This document shows, piece by piece, positions 49,991-64,000 of a DNA stretch of 64,000 nucleotides. The position numbers were made by a program, and so were the translations under genes. A model generated the notes under the pieces. It made no database searches, was not told the DNA's origin, and saw nothing but the letters and a program-made list of their open reading frames with translations. Position 1 is the first letter of the stretch; every line of letters starts with the position of its first letter. This DNA comes from Octopus vulgaris (taxonomy: Eukaryota): assembly GCA_951406725.2 (NCBI GenBank), contig OX597816.1, positions 170,562,001 to 170,626,000 of the forward strand, in the 5' to 3' direction.

Positions 49991-52008
49991 CAGGTCTGCA
50001 TGTTTCCCCACTTCCCATCGCCGCAGCATTTCCGAATAAAAATGAATAAATATAAACTAAAAATAAAGATACATATATACTGAAAATAAAGTAACTATAT
50101 ATCGGGACAAAAAAGCAACTCATATCGCGCAGAGGTTAGCAATGCCTGTGCAGAGTTTTAGGTCCAATAACACTTGCACAGAACTTCATAGATCCTCTCC
50201 ACTCTTCTGACATTATCCAGAGACAAGCCAGAGCGAGATGTCTGGTGCCAATATGATGTCTGGTGCCAATATAGTTCTTCCATTCTTCCTGAGTGTTAAA
50301 CTAACGCGCTTGTTGTTCTTTCGCGTCTTCGTCTTTTGTTTTCTGTAAATTTGAGCTATATATAAATGTATAGATAGATACGTACATACATACGCACATA
50401 CAAAATACATACATACATACATACATGCATACATACATACATACATACATACATACATACATACATACATACATACATACATACATACATAAATACATAT
50501 GTGTGTGTGTGTGTGTTAACGATTTTACTGCTAACAATATATTCTTGTTATACATTGCAAATTTTCGTCCTAGGAAAATATACGTATAAAAGAAATACAC
50601 TGGATAGGAGAGAATAAATGTTTTCAACTCAGTGTTTTTTTTTTGTTTTTTTTAAAAATCTAACACGAAATATATTTTCGGTCTTAAATAATCTGCACGT
50701 TGGCAACACTTTTTAAGTGCATAATATTTTCTTTGCACATTGTAATTTTTAATGCATTCAAAAATATTTATGACTCTTAAAATCACAGATACAAAATTTT
50801 ATTGCTCCAGACAAAAGTTTCTCACATCATCATCATATAATTTATTGTTACATATTATTTCGGTTGTGTATCTCAATGTAAAATTGTCCATTTAAAAATT
50901 TTATATGGATTGCTTTTTTCAGACATTTTATGTTTATAAAATTTTATTTGGATAGCTTTTGTCAGACATTTTATGTTTATAACGTGTAGGGCGTTATTTT
51001 TATATATATATATATGTCATTCCTCTTAAAGAGTAGACATCTCACCAAGTGAAAAAGAGTGGTAATGTTTAAAACAGTTCTGCTAACCCTATAGAAATAT
51101 AATAAAGTATAAACAAGCTGCGTTAGTATTATATAAACTACTTGCAATATAAATTTATTGTTCTTCCTTCAGATGTTCTGCAAAAATATTTTCTGTTCGA
51201 AAGTTATGACACTTTAACAACAAAATGATCATGTAGTTGAAAGAGAAATCGAATTTGTGATTAATCTTCATGTGTTTATGGTCAAAAACATTATATCAGA
51301 CACGAGATTCCAATAGAGAAGCGCAGAGAAAGGGAGGATAATTACTTTCATAACTAATGTAACTGTTGTATGGTTCTGTAATTACCCGTCAAAAAAGATT
51401 GTAGTCAAATTAATTTGACCAATTTCATTGTGAAAATGCAAAATCGAAAGACAGAGAGGAAGATATAAAGAAAAAGAAAGAGTGAATGTGAAATACGTTA
51501 GTATAGTGACTTCTTCCTTAGTTTTTAATTTCGTGTTGTTAGCAATTATAAACGCTTGAGCTACTGTGTGTCAACATTGACATACGTTGCTGAGACCGAC
51601 GTAAACTACTGGCAAAGTTCACAGCGTTTTCTTCTTTTTGTTTGCAAACAGAACTTCGCAATCAGCAATTTGAAGAGTGAGCTTAATGCTGACATCATCA
51701 GTTGATTAGTTGTGCTTTTGAAAGTTCTTAATGATCACGCTTTCCTGAACTCAGTCAATTTAATGCGATTGATTATTTATCAAAATTTCCCTGTTGGAAA
51801 TAACAAACCCTAATATCAAATTTACGTAAAGACCTACAATATGTCTAACAGATAACTTTACAAAAACTGTGTCCAGGAAAGAGGTGTGTATTGTGTATTA
51901 AAAATACAAAAAAAAACGAATGAAGTATTTAAAAGCAGCTCTACTCTATTCATAATTTTAAAAAATCCCAGCTAAAACTTGAGAATTGCCTAATTGTAAT
52001 ACAAGAAA

Positions 52009-52405
52009 TCTTTATATATAAAAGTCAAGTTATGTGTCTGTCTCCTACGATTTAAATTCGTAACTACTCCCACAATTTGCGGTGCAGTTTAACTAAAACC
52101 GGGTATCTTATAGTCGTGATTCATATCGAGCCCTTCTGGGTATTAGCGCGCGTCTACGATGAGTCTACGATTTAAAACAAAATTACCATCATTTTTTTCC
52201 ATTTTAATGCATTTTTTGGCTATTATATAAGGGAAGTAACTCTCTAAAAATGTCTACGATGAGTCAACGATTTAAAAAAAAATTTAACCATCATTTTTTT
52301 CCATTTTTAATGCATTTTTTTGCTATTTTTTGGCTATAACTCTCTAAAAATGCTTATATAGTTATTTCCCTTACAAACCCGAGCAACGCCGGGCGATACT
52401 GCTAG
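52009..52405 (+). mobile_element. Non-autonomous Helitron
   Basis: A|TC...hairpin...CTAG|T; near-identical to 13379-13774. Confidence 0.9.
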
Positions 52406-52914
52406 TCGTAAGTAAAAGAGTAATATAGAGTACCACACACAAGTGGAGAAATAATATCCTTCACCGTTGAGATTTTCAGAAAATATATTAAATTTCGATG
52501 ATGCATTTACTAGCAGCTTTTGAACAGAATGATCCATTCAGTAAGTGATCGCCTCTTGCATTAATAACTGAGTAATTTTACTCACTTAAAAATTCTTAGC
52601 GCTTACTTGACAATGCTTCCTTCCCAGTAATATTGATATAATAAATTCGGTTCCTTCCAATAGTCTCATGAAATGTGTATGAAATACCTTTTATTTTATA
52701 TCCAGCATGTCGTTCCTTTTATTGTAGAATAAAGCCAAACTATTTTGAAGATATTCAGAAACCAAATGAAAATAGGACGTTGATTAGCAACTTTTTATAA
52801 AGTGGGAACGAAATATTGCAATAGGTTTAATGTTCACTATCTTAATTTTTTTATATCCTAATTAGATTAATAAATAGACAATATTTACTCTCTTAAGTAT
52901 TCTTATTTATCACA

Positions 52915-54645
52915 TTAGTCTCGGCGCTTGTCTGCGCATCATCAACCTCGGCATGCTCAGCCCTCCTTTTAGCGGGTGTCTGACCATCGGAACACTTCCT
53001 TTCCACAGGAAGCGGAAGAGGATGCCTTCCAGGTTGGTGATATAGGGTCGGGACAAGGCACGACAGTCAGATGGTAGTAGATGACGGACGCGATGTACGC
53101 GTTCCCCACCTTCGCCCGACCATTTAGGGACAGCTTCCTCTCGGTCCATTGCCGGGTGAGAATGGCTACCCTACTCGTTATCTCGTCCCAGTTCTTCTCC
53201 GTTTGGAGGTCCGGACCAAACCAGACCCCGAGCAATTCGACCGGACCGTCGGTCCAGCGTCCCACGATGGAGGCGTTGCTGGATGGCATGGGCTTGCTTC
53301 TCCAGGTGCCGAGCCGAAAGCCCACTGACTTTTCCCGGTTAATTTTCGCTTCTATTACTGCTTCATAGTCATTCAGCGTCTCGCTGACCAGCTCGATGTG
53401 GTCGTGGCCAGACATTATGACCCAATTCTCGCATCCCAATTCTCGCATCCCAATTCTCGCGGAATGCCCCTCAGCATTGCCAGCTTTCACAGTAGTGGCT
53501 CGAGGTCAATACGTACAGAAGCCACGAGAGGAGGCATCCCTGACAGACCGAACGTGCTATGTCGAATGGTGTCGATAAATGTCCATTCACGCGAATTAAC
53601 GAACGGATGCCTTTGTATAAGGCAGCGATCCAGCCGCGAAAAACGGACCGAAACCAGCCGCTATGAGGACAGCCTCCAAGTATCGATGATCTCCCCTATC
53701 GAAAGCTTTGGATTGATCTGAATTGATCAGTGTCCCATCCATGCCAGGTTCCTTAACTATTCTGTCTATGATGTAGCACATGAGGTGGAGGTTGTCATGG
53801 ATGCTCCGACCCGGCATGACGCACGTTTGCGCCTTGTCGACTTGTTTCTCGATGACTAGCACTTTGGCCAAAATTCTCAAGTCTGCATTGAGCAGAGTGA
53901 TGGGCCTTGTTTGGACATTTCTTTAGCAGCGTTACAACTCCTCGGCTTACAAAACTGGGGATGCTCCGTTTTGCTACCAGTTGCAGTACACTGTTGCCAA
54001 GACGCCTCCAAACAAGTCTGGCATACAATTGTAAAGCTCGGTCATTTGTCCTTCGTGCACTCTGCCATCACGTTACACACGTCCGCCGCTGTGATAGCAC
54101 CTTCGTAACATTCTGCCTTTCTTGCCGAGAGTCGTGGCAGGCTATCCAGGTAGGCACTGAAGTCGACCCTGCGTCGTTCTCACTAGCCACTTGTCCCCAA
54201 AGGTCGGGCAAAGTGCTGCTGAAGGCCTCACACGTTTTACTAGGCTCGAGTTATTCGCGCCCCCGTTCATCCATCAGAGACCAAATGGTAGCTTTGTTGA
54301 CCTGTTGCGTCTCCACCACCCGGGCCTCTCGCACGGTTCCAACACCTTTGTTTCTTAGAGCACGCATCCTAGCCCTCATAACGCACCCTTCCTTTGGGGC
54401 GTTGAAGTGTAGGTCGAAGGCCAACTTCGCCGCCAATATGTTGGATGAGATGCCACTTCTAATCGTCTCTTCTAGTTTCTTAACTAGCTCACCCTCTATT
54501 TGTTTCTGTCTATCGCTTGCGCTTTGTTATACCTAAATGAATCGGCTTTTATTGCTCTCTTGAAGGCAAACCGCCATTTGTTGTTAATGATGGCTCCTGT
54601 TATAAATGCCTCCTCACTAGCGTGCTAATCCGGTCTCTGAAAACC
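52915..54645 (-). mobile_element. Tx1/L1-clade LINE ORF2 fragment (RT), decayed
   Basis: QTCVMPGRSIHDNLHL..DQSKAFDRGDHRYL..L.AAGFG (ORF 53596..53880); AKINREKS..LLGVWFG..W.ERKLSL.GRAKV.N (ORF 52969..53490). Confidence 0.88.
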
Positions 54646-54696
54646 TCTCTCTACGGGAAGGACAGACAGAAGACAGACAGACAGACAGATAGATAG

Positions 54697-54739
<43 letters not shown>

Positions 54740-54771
54740 TATATATATATATATGTATACGTAGGTAAGTG

Positions 54772-54906
54772 GGTAGGTAGGTAGGTAGGTAGGTAGGTAG
54801 GTAGGTATGTATGTATGTATGTATGTATGTAGGTAGGTAGGTAGGTAGGTATGTAGGTAGGTAGGTAGGTAGGTAGGTAGGTAGGTAGGTAGGTAGGTAG
54901 GTAGGT
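54772..54906. repeat. (TAGG)n/(TATG)n compound microsatellite
   Basis: Direct reading. Confidence 0.95.
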
Positions 54907-55140
54907 ATATGTACATGTTTATAACCCACCTGTATGTAAAAATGGAATATATTTTCTCAATAAACCTACGTTTACTCTCCAGATATTTGCCGAATATGAT
55001 TTTCAATCCATATGCATTTCTAACAACAAAAGAAAATTATAATCATTCCCCAAAATCAATATCTGCTAAATATTTATAGCATTTTCTGCTGATACACTCA
55101 GCGAACAATGTATGATATCTTCTTCGAACTTAATTATTGA

Positions 55141-55330
55141 TTGACATCCTTATTTCATGTTCTCTGACTGAAGAAAATTAGATTTTTTTTTATTACCAAC
55201 GAATATGTAATACGGTACTTTCCCATAATCAATTGACATCCTTATTTCATGTTCTCTGACAGAAAAAAAACATCTGATTTTTTTTTTATTACCAACAAAT
55301 AGGTAATATGGTATTTTCCCATAATCAATT
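55141..55330 (+). repeat. ~92-bp tandem duplication of intronic DNA
   Basis: ttgacatccttatttcatgttctctgac at 55141 and 55233. Confidence 0.88.
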
Positions 55331-56685
55331 TAATAGAAATGTTTTCAGTATTCTATTGTGGGTGTCACTTCAGGTTTTGAAGTGGATAGTTATAGCTCGA
55401 GTCCGATGTATTTTCTTCAGAAAGCAACTTGGGAAGTTGAGATACTAAAAGTTCATCAGTAGTAATGACCCTTAACATCTCTAGCCTATTTGAGTATTTT
55501 CTTGCAATCCATCCAAGCTACAGAAGTTACCTGGAAGAAGCTTTTTCTTCATATATATATATATTGTGTATATGCATTTTGGAAAGAAGCATGTTTATCA
55601 TGGCAGCATTAAACTATTTTAAAGAAATTTTTGTTTTTAAGGAGAGCGTAACTTCAAGATGAAAGTACGTGACTTGTAGCTGTAGCTGCTTATTAAGGAG
55701 AGAGACCTGTTATCGTCTGCCTTCAAAGTTCTTTGTCACAATTCTGCCTGCGTCACATTTACACAATGATTAATCTGCAATTCTTCAAACCTGAGCATCA
55801 GCTGCACGAATGTAATCTGTTTGGAAAACCTCTAAATGTCATCAGCTTAGTTCTTACCCCTAACCGAAACCATAAACAAAAATAATCAAAAAATATACTT
55901 GATTAGTTATGGAACTTAATCTGAATCCCTGTTTCCACAATTCATTAGCTATTCCTTCCATGTCACAAGCACACTAAGCTATTTTTAACGTCACGGGTGT
56001 TGCTTTATTCTGACAGGTATGTATATTGTCAAATTACAATGAGCTAAATTACCTAATTGGTTTACTTAGACTATTGAAATAGTATTTTCCTCAACTAATA
56101 AGCATGCATTGTAAACATATACAGTACAACAAGTTTTTTTGCACACACAAGATAAGTGAGGTCGTTAGAGAAAAAGGATTTATTGTTTTATATAAGTCGG
56201 TCTGAGAACTTTGAATCTTTGTGAATTCTAAATCAAACTTTTAACAAATAACCTCTTAGTAAACTATGAGCGTTAACATATGCATGATGTAAGATCATTA
56301 CAATTCTCGTCCACCATCAAATCTAAATTAAAAAGAATTGGTTTCACAAATAATCTAGTGATTAAACTCGAATTTCGATGCAATTGATTGTAATAGGAAA
56401 TGCATTGCTTCCTCGATAATAATGGGGGAAAATACATCCAATATTTTGTACATTTTGATAAGACCTAATAAAGATATCAAGAATTGGCTATATTTCAACA
56501 ATGTGTTTATACATTGTTACGTTAATATATCATCGAGGCATTTCATAAATATTAAGGAGATATTGATTTTAGGAATACTTTCATCTTCCGTCCTTGTTGA
56601 CACAAGTTCATAACTAAAGAATAAAGGCAAATTAGTGAGCATATATATTGGTAGCAAAACACACGGATATGTACCTACACACAGG

Positions 56686-56900
56686 CATACATACATACAT
56701 ACATACATACATACATACATACATACATACATACATACATACATACATACATACATACATACATACATACATACATACATAGTACATACATACATACATA
56801 CATACATACATACATACATACATACATACATACATACATGCATACATACATACATACATACATACATACATACATACATACATACATACATGCATACATA
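56686..56900. repeat. (CATA)n microsatellite
   Basis: Direct reading. Confidence 0.97.
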
Positions 56901-57402
56901 ATACATACATGCGTGAAGTAAATAGACGTACATGAACTGAAGCAAAACAACTTTTAGTTAATCTAAGCCAGATTATGTACCAGTAAATTTAAAGACAAAG
57001 GTCACAAAATCATGAAAAAACATAAAGTCAGTGAAAGAGGGACGTTAGATAACAGAGAAAATGTAGCATTTGATGATATATTGGGCTGAGTGGTGCATGG
57101 CACCAGCTCTAAGTATCTGCTGAAAATTATAAATATCGTGGTCGGTAGTATTAGTAGAACAATATGTAACATCGGAGCGAGACAAAAAGGAAAGAGGGAA
57201 AAGAAAGGCTAAAAATGAATAGATTCATAAAACTCAACCTCACATGGTAGAGAAGATTTTCGATGACAAAAGCACACGTCTTTTTACTCTCCTCTACATT
57301 AAACAAGCGTGTTCGTTTCACATTAACAATATCTAGTATCAATCTTAAACTTTTCATTTGTCACTCTACTGCGTGCTTAGCTAGAATGACTTTCTAAAAA
57401 TA

Positions 57403-58627
57403 CAGGGGTTGGACAAAATAGCATCATAGCATCATAATTTTGAAATATCTATAACCCGCCAAAAGCTTGGTTATCTTTATGTTTTTTATTTATTATTAGT
57501 GCTGCTTAATATGTTCTGCTAAAATTGCTGTTTCTTTTCAGATATCTTTTCAGAAAAAGGTCATTAAAATGACGGATCTATCGGACTTTCAAAGAGGTCA
57601 ACTTAACGAAAACAGCCGAAAAATTTGGTGTATCAAGAAGTACTGTCTCGAAAGTAATGACATTCTATAAGAAAAGGTGAAAAACCTCCTCGTCGAAACA
57701 AAACTCCGGAAGAAAACTAATACTTTCAGATAGGAACCGTCGGATTCTTACGTGAATTGTTAGAAAGCATCACAAAAATACAGATTCCAAAATTACTGCA
57801 GAGCTTAATGACCACATCGAGAACCCAGTTTCCACAGAAAATGTTCGCCGGGAACTGCATAAAGCCGGATTTCACAGGAAGGCTGCAATCAGAAAACCAC
57901 TACTTTCAACAACAAACATTGAAAAGCGTTTAGAGTGGAGTAAAAGCCTACAGATTTGGTCCCAAGAGCAGTGGAAGAAAGTTATTTTCTTGGATGAGTC
58001 ATCCTTTACCTTATATCCGACCAATGGCCGTGAATACGTGTGGAGACAGCAAAAAGAAGCATCTAACCCAGACTACCTACTTCCAACTTTAAATATGGAG
58101 ACGGATCTGTGATGATCGGGTGGGGAGGGGGCTAAATCTTGGAAGTCTGCCGACTAAATGGTTTCCCTTCATGGCAGAATTAATTGTCAAAACTATTTAA
58201 GCCTCTTATCTGATCAAATTCATCCTATGGTTGCGGAACTGCTTCCGGGGGAAAATGCAATCTTTCAGGATAATGCACCAATTCTCACATCTAAAGTTGT
58301 TACTGAATGGCACGAGGAACATTCTAGTGAAGTTGAACATCTTATCTGGTCACTACAGTCCTCCTTATCTCAATATTATTGAACATTTAGGATTCATTTG
58401 AGAAAAACAAGTAAGTAGTCGATATCCTCTACCATCATCACTATAAAAACTGGAGATATTTTTAACTGAAGAATGGACAAAAATTCGTTTGGAAACAATT
58501 CAAACTTTGTTCGAGTCCATACCTCGCAGAATTCAAGCTGTAATAACTCCCATAGGCGGTCCTACCCCATATTAAAATAAATTTGTTTGAAATTTTAAGC
58601 TGTTTCCATTATTTTATCCAACCCCTG
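57403..58627 (+). mobile_element. Full-length Tc1-like transposon with TA TSD; transposase pseudogene ~57569-58575
   Basis: TIRs caggggttggacaaaata / tattttatccaacccctg; MTDLSDFQRGQ start, VIFLDESSF, IFQDNAP, degenerate SPDLNIIE region. Confidence 0.93.
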
Positions 58628-59268
58628 TATCATTGGGTACATCTAATTTGCGATGAAAATGTTTATTTAATCTTTACAAATAAGTTACTTTGATAATTTG
58701 TTTTACAATATTACTTGTTACATAAACAAATGAATTACATTTACTAAGAATCTTTCCATATTTATCAACTGCTCAGAAAATGTAATATACTAACTTAACA
58801 AGTGTTCAGGTAACATATGCAACTGCAACCTATAGCATAATATATATGTTATAACGTATGTTATATTCATATACATTCACTTACATATACACATGTGTGT
58901 ATATGCATGGACGTGTCTGGTTGTATGTGCGTGTGCATTTGCGTGATGTGTGTGCGTTCATGTTATTGTTTTTTAGTATAGATTTTTGCAGTCACTTTCG
59001 TAGGTTCGACATTCGATTTTATAATTGGGTCATTCAAAATCCCGGAAAAATATATAGCGCCATGATACTGATCATTCAAATTCGTTTTTCACTCACTTAG
59101 TTTTGCATTTCGGTCAAAGAATTTACATCATTCAAATTAAAACGCCAGTCGAAAGCATTCAAATTAGTCGGAACGTGAAAAAGCGTCTTTTCGGGCATTC
59201 AGGTTTGTTTCGGAGCAATCTATTTAACATTTCGAGCAATCAAATTAGCACGATAGCTGTTTGGGTTT

Positions 59269-59319
59269 GTCCTTGTTTATCCCCTCTATGTTTAGCCCCT
59301 TTTGGGTAATAAAGAAACA
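59269..59319 (+). mobile_element. 5'-truncated SINE family B tail (51 bp) with a 17 bp TSD
   Basis: gatagctgtttgggttt at 59252-59268 and 59320-59336 flanks gtccttgtttatcccctctatgtttagccccttttgggtaataaagaaaca. Confidence 0.88.
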
Positions 59320-59729
59320 GATAGCTGTTTGGGTTTTATCTCATGATTATTGTTATCATAGTCATGTGTTTTCATCCATTATTTACACTTTAAGCACTCT
59401 ATTGTGCGCACGTCCTTTCTATTTATTCTTTTATTTTTGCAAAGGTACAGGTATTTATTGTCAAAGATTTAATTAAATCGCATTCGCAGCCTTTTCAATC
59501 ATGTTAAAAGAAATTCAAAATTACAACAAATGCTCATTTTCTTTGATTTTGAATGCATTATATTGTGATATTTGTTCTTCTTTTGCATAATATGCTTTGT
59601 TTGGAAAAGTATATATTTCTTTGATTTTGCATTTTTTTCTTTCATTGGGGAAAGGGTGCTTCGTGCACCAAGATAATTATTAATTTACAGTCTTGGTAAG
59701 GAGTGTGCGTTTGAGAGGATTTAGCCGTC

Positions 59730-60680
59730 TATTTTCTGGCGGTCGATCCATGCCTGGGTGTGTCTATACCAACGAACACAATTTTCTGGAGTGTTAGTGT
59801 CGATGTTGTATCACCTTGCGACCTGTTGTATCACATATGCTCGCCGTTCGTCCATGGTCATGCCGGGTTCTTCTACAACTTCCCGGTAGCCAACCCTTGG
59901 CTGCAGCTCAGCTCGAGCAAGATCCCGCTTGACAGCCGACTTAAAATCAGAATGCACCATTTCCGGACAATTAAGAAAAAGGCGAGTAGGAAGGCAGGAG
60001 TTTCAGACTGCTCCATGAGTTGGCGTCGGCTGGGAGCTCGGCACGAACATGTAGCCGCACGTTGTCATATAATTCAAGGAGACGGATTCATTTGATGGAA
60101 ACAGGTCAGCACATGATCGAACTGTTTCCCCCAAGAACTCCTCGGAAGAGTTTCGTGTAATGGTATCGTTCGCAATGGCGTGGTGAACCAGGCCGATTAC
60201 TTCCGACACCGCGAATGTAACGTTGCAGTTTTTCCCAAGCTGACGGTTGACAACTCATTGAACAGGAGCGCCTCGAGAAGCTCGTCCAAAAGACCGCCTG
60301 GTTCAAATGTTGCACCCACATTCATCAATGAATACGCAAATGCCGACGACTCCCTCTTCCATGAACTAATACGCTTACTCATAACGCTTTTCCAGAGTTT
60401 TGGGGGGTATTTCTTATGTCCGGAACGTCTTCGGCCAACGTCATAGTTATATCAGTATTCCATCTTGAGCCCGTGAAATTGCAGACACGGAAACAGGCGG
60501 CTTCCAGGCAATGCTGCCTCTAAGACCCTCTTCATTTGTTGAAGAGTTGCGAGTCGGTCGGCACCAATAATCACCTGAAGCCTGGCTCACATTTCCTCAT
60601 CAACCGTAACGTGGTGGGCACCTCCTCTGAGCAATATATGAAGCCTCCCAGACCGTATGTAGGTCACTACTATGGATCGG
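59730..60680 (-). pseudogene. IS630/Tc1-superfamily (DDE_3-type) transposase pseudogene
   Basis: Manual translation across frameshifts gives ICVFIDECGCNI*TRRSFGRASRGAP, YDNVRLH and LLPSYSPF(LNCPE). TIRs not confidently found. Confidence 0.75.
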
Positions 60681-62259
60681 GCAGTATTCCTTTTAATGCC
60701 AAGTGTGTCTGCCAGTTACAAGTAATTAGTCTGATGCTCCATGTGAGGACCACAAGACTACAGTATCCAACATTACCATTTCTTTGACCATTGCATAGAG
60801 ATTTCTCTGCTACTTCTAGCAAGCAGCGTGCCCAAGTAGATCTTGCTTTCCCGTTCGTGTTACCGTAGTTTGTGTATATATCGTACGTATTAGTAGCATA
60901 CAATTAGTGAATTATAGTATGTATTAGTACCGTGCACGTATAATATGTATTAAAAGTATAAAATAATTTAAGTAAAATATAATTTACAGGACGCTGGAAT
61001 AATTTTCGTATAATACAAAGACAAGGAAGTAATCAGGATTCGCGACAAACCATCTGTAAGACTATGGATCCCATTATTTAGGAAATATATTCACAGAATG
61101 CATTTTTCATCAAAATTATACTCATGCTTATTGCTGCATTTGTTCGCAGTACCCAAAGTTAAGAATGAAGATTTGATAAGAAATATTTATCGGTAGCTTG
61201 GACAAGAACTGGACTATATGAATTGAATTATATCCAGCTCAACACGATGTAATTTTCCAGCCATATATAAAGCAAGTATATAAACATTTGGAGTATTCTG
61301 TATTTACCTGATAGTTACTTTTTCAAATATTATGGATGAATATTCTTTTAAATTGTTAACGATTGACAAGTTAAATACTCAATCGTACCATGTATAAAAA
61401 TCATTGGCATCAAATCTGACGACAAAGATTTTAAGTAGTTAGAAATAATTACTGTTCGAATACTGTACACGAAATCAAAGTTGATTAAGCGCATAGTTTA
61501 GGTGTTTCCAGCAATTAAAATTACACTACCATTATAATAAATGCGATTTGGCTTTGATAGATTGTTGAATTAAAAAGAAATATTCCAATGATTTGAAATA
61601 TGTTCCAGGTGTGAGTGTAACGAATATGAATTTTGCTTCCATTAAATAGATGCAAATATATGTCAAACTTTTGCCAAACCCAGCGACATCACTCAAAGTC
61701 TTGACGTGTCTTTGAAAAGTTTCTGTTTGATTCAGTTATTCTATTATGCATATCTTCCAGGTATATTTTGGCTGAATTTCTGTTGAGTACCTGAATAAAA
61801 ACATTTTACAACCAATAACATAACGAATAAGTGCTTATCAGATTTTCTACCATATTACAAAGAGATAAATAAAAATCAATATTCGTTTTAGTTTAGTATA
61901 CACATACTCGAACGCACATATACATATATGGACATAAGTACATATGTGTGTGTGTGCGTATAAAACAGCATTTGTAATAGATAAAATATTGAACGCTGCA
62001 GACACTATATACTGATAAGGATATATGCGATTGAATGGGCACCAAAGGTAGTTGAATATTTATTCTAAATTTTTCAAAGAATTTTAAGTAATGAGTCAGA
62101 CACATTGTGAATACATAAAATTATATTGTGAATTATACTTTTTCTCGTGATTAAAACACATACGTAGATAGGAAGATAGGCACATATTCGGTACATATCC
62201 AAATGCATAGCAGAAAAAAATTGCAGATGCTTAGTGTTTTATGTATATATTAATATCCA

Positions 62260-63250
62260 CAATTATCTATAGTCACTCTTATCAGTAGCTCCTCCAGTTT
62301 TTCTGTCACCAATCACGTGCTCCACCTCTTCAACTCCACATCCTGGTTACTCCCATCTATTTCATGATGGATCTAAAATCCCTCTATAATATTATACCAC
62401 ATCTCGTGCAATTCGCTGTTTTCAAGTATTTTCTGGAACGCCACACATGGGCTCAGTACTTGTCGCTACCTCTACCTTACTGAATTTGTTTTCATCCCTA
62501 CCAGTTTCTGGTTGTTGAAAATTTCTGCTAGCAATATGTACTTCAAATTCCACCTTTTCTACTCTCCTCACACATGAGCTATATGGTCGTTATGTCGATG
62601 CTTCAATTGGCATTATCTTCCTTAACTCTGAATTGATAATCTCCTTTATTGCCCTTCTTCACTCTTTCTCTACAACCTTAGCATAGGTCACTACTTTCTC
62701 TGCTATTAACTTCCAAACCATCTTTGTTTCTATTAGCCTCTCTCCTTCCGTACTTTAAAGATCTATTCATTGCACTCCCAGTGAATCTATCTTCTACTTA
62801 TGCTTCTTCCGCTTCCTCTGAAAGATGTTTTCGAGAATAAGTCGCACCAAGTTGTCCACCACTTCTTACAATGCCAGTGACCAGTGACGTTGCGCATTGT
62901 GATGTTTTCATTTAAGATCGTACTTTCTGTATTTTGCCCTATAGCTGTTTCACTACAATCTTCTTTGGCGTTTGCCTTGTTCGACACGCTCAGCACATCT
63001 TATAACAAAGTATACGTCCACTCTAATCCAAAACTTATAGTCTCACATTTTTCTGAAACATATCTCTACTTCTTCAAATGCAATAGCACTGTAAATAATC
63101 TGTAAGCCTATAAGTCAGCTTCTCGTTATCACCCATAAAACACAAACTGAGTCGTTCGTATGCTCCCGTTTCCTTCATCAGAAACATCACTGCACAATAT
63201 GGATCTAGTTTGTAATTCAATTTGATTACGTTTTCACGCACCTCCAAAAA
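62260..63250 (-). mobile_element. Highly decayed LINE (probably RTE) 3' fragment
   Basis: Only faint remnants such as EVVDN...SG..SISRR..W and RKTG. Confidence 0.3.
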
Positions 63251-64000
63251 TGCCATACACTGTACCACATGCCCGGCCAGGTCTGTAGCTTATTGCATCT
63301 AAGTAACAATGACCCGAAATTGGCTGATCGTTTTAGGGCAAATTAGTTACACGTTCGACGTGACAACGTCAAATCACTCAGGCTTGGCTCAACACTGGAA
63401 TTTTCTAGCAACTATAAGAAACATTTTACAGTTTTGGGGTTTGTATAAGAGCATCAACAACTGTTTGACAAAATTGTCGCGAACAAGTAATCATCTGCTA
63501 AAGTACAAATACCCAGTTTCGTCTCAATTTTACTTACTTTCCTGAACACCACCACCACAATATGAACTCAGATAAGCACCCATGCATATACTTCCTACAC
63601 TCATGCATTTTTGCTAATCCATGTATACACATTGCCACACAATAATCACATGCTCAAAATCTTATGTCATGTCACGCTTTATTCGTATTACAGATTTACA
63701 CTAAAATATTCGTATACACAAGTGCATACATCCGAACATAGCATTTTCATTTACTGATTGAAATTAAAAGGAGAGAACATCTACAGTACCCCTTCTTTAT
63801 GACCACTTACAAATGAATTCTTCTCTTCCAGAAGAAGCCTAACTACATTTCAAATTATAAATACCAAATCTACTTGACATTTTCTTTTCATCAACAATGT
63901 TAATTAGCCAATGTTCCCATGATAAATTAATACTTAGAATTAAACGGATGATGTTAGTTTGTCTACTTAATTTAAAATGCTAATCAACTACAGAATATAT

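Noticed and set aside
63538-63594. Candidate upstream exon ending in gtaagt
   Set aside because: The acceptor is weak and no frame resembles TMTC.

Overview
This is AT-rich, microsatellite-dense eukaryotic DNA. The SINE, Helitron and Penelope repertoire suggests a coleoid cephalopod such as Octopus (inference, not verified). Almost all ORFs in the supplied track are simple-repeat artefacts or decayed transposon fragments. Manual splice-site reading reveals one host gene on the minus strand. Five short GT-AG exons (48053-47997, 40252-40181, 34587-34508, 28000-27893, 7580-7430) splice in frame into 156 aa of a TMTC-family (TMTC4-like) protein O-mannosyltransferase, covering the last TM helix, the RNxDW...VCPNNAK motif and about three TPRs. 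The gene appears to continue beyond both window ends. The introns hold two tRNA-derived SINE families, non-autonomous Helitrons, Tc1, mariner and IS630-like transposons, and RTE, CR1, Tx1/L1, R4/Dong and Penelope-like retroelement remnants. The most notable hidden layer is about 12 minimal type-I hammerhead-ribozyme-like motifs from about 7 repeat families. They are embedded in tandem or inverted pLTR-like or retrozyme-like repeats, and several carry non-canonical cores (U4C and A6U shared between copies, plus one compensated U3-A8). There are also inverted duplications of host DNA next to retroelement tails and a higher-order SINE array.
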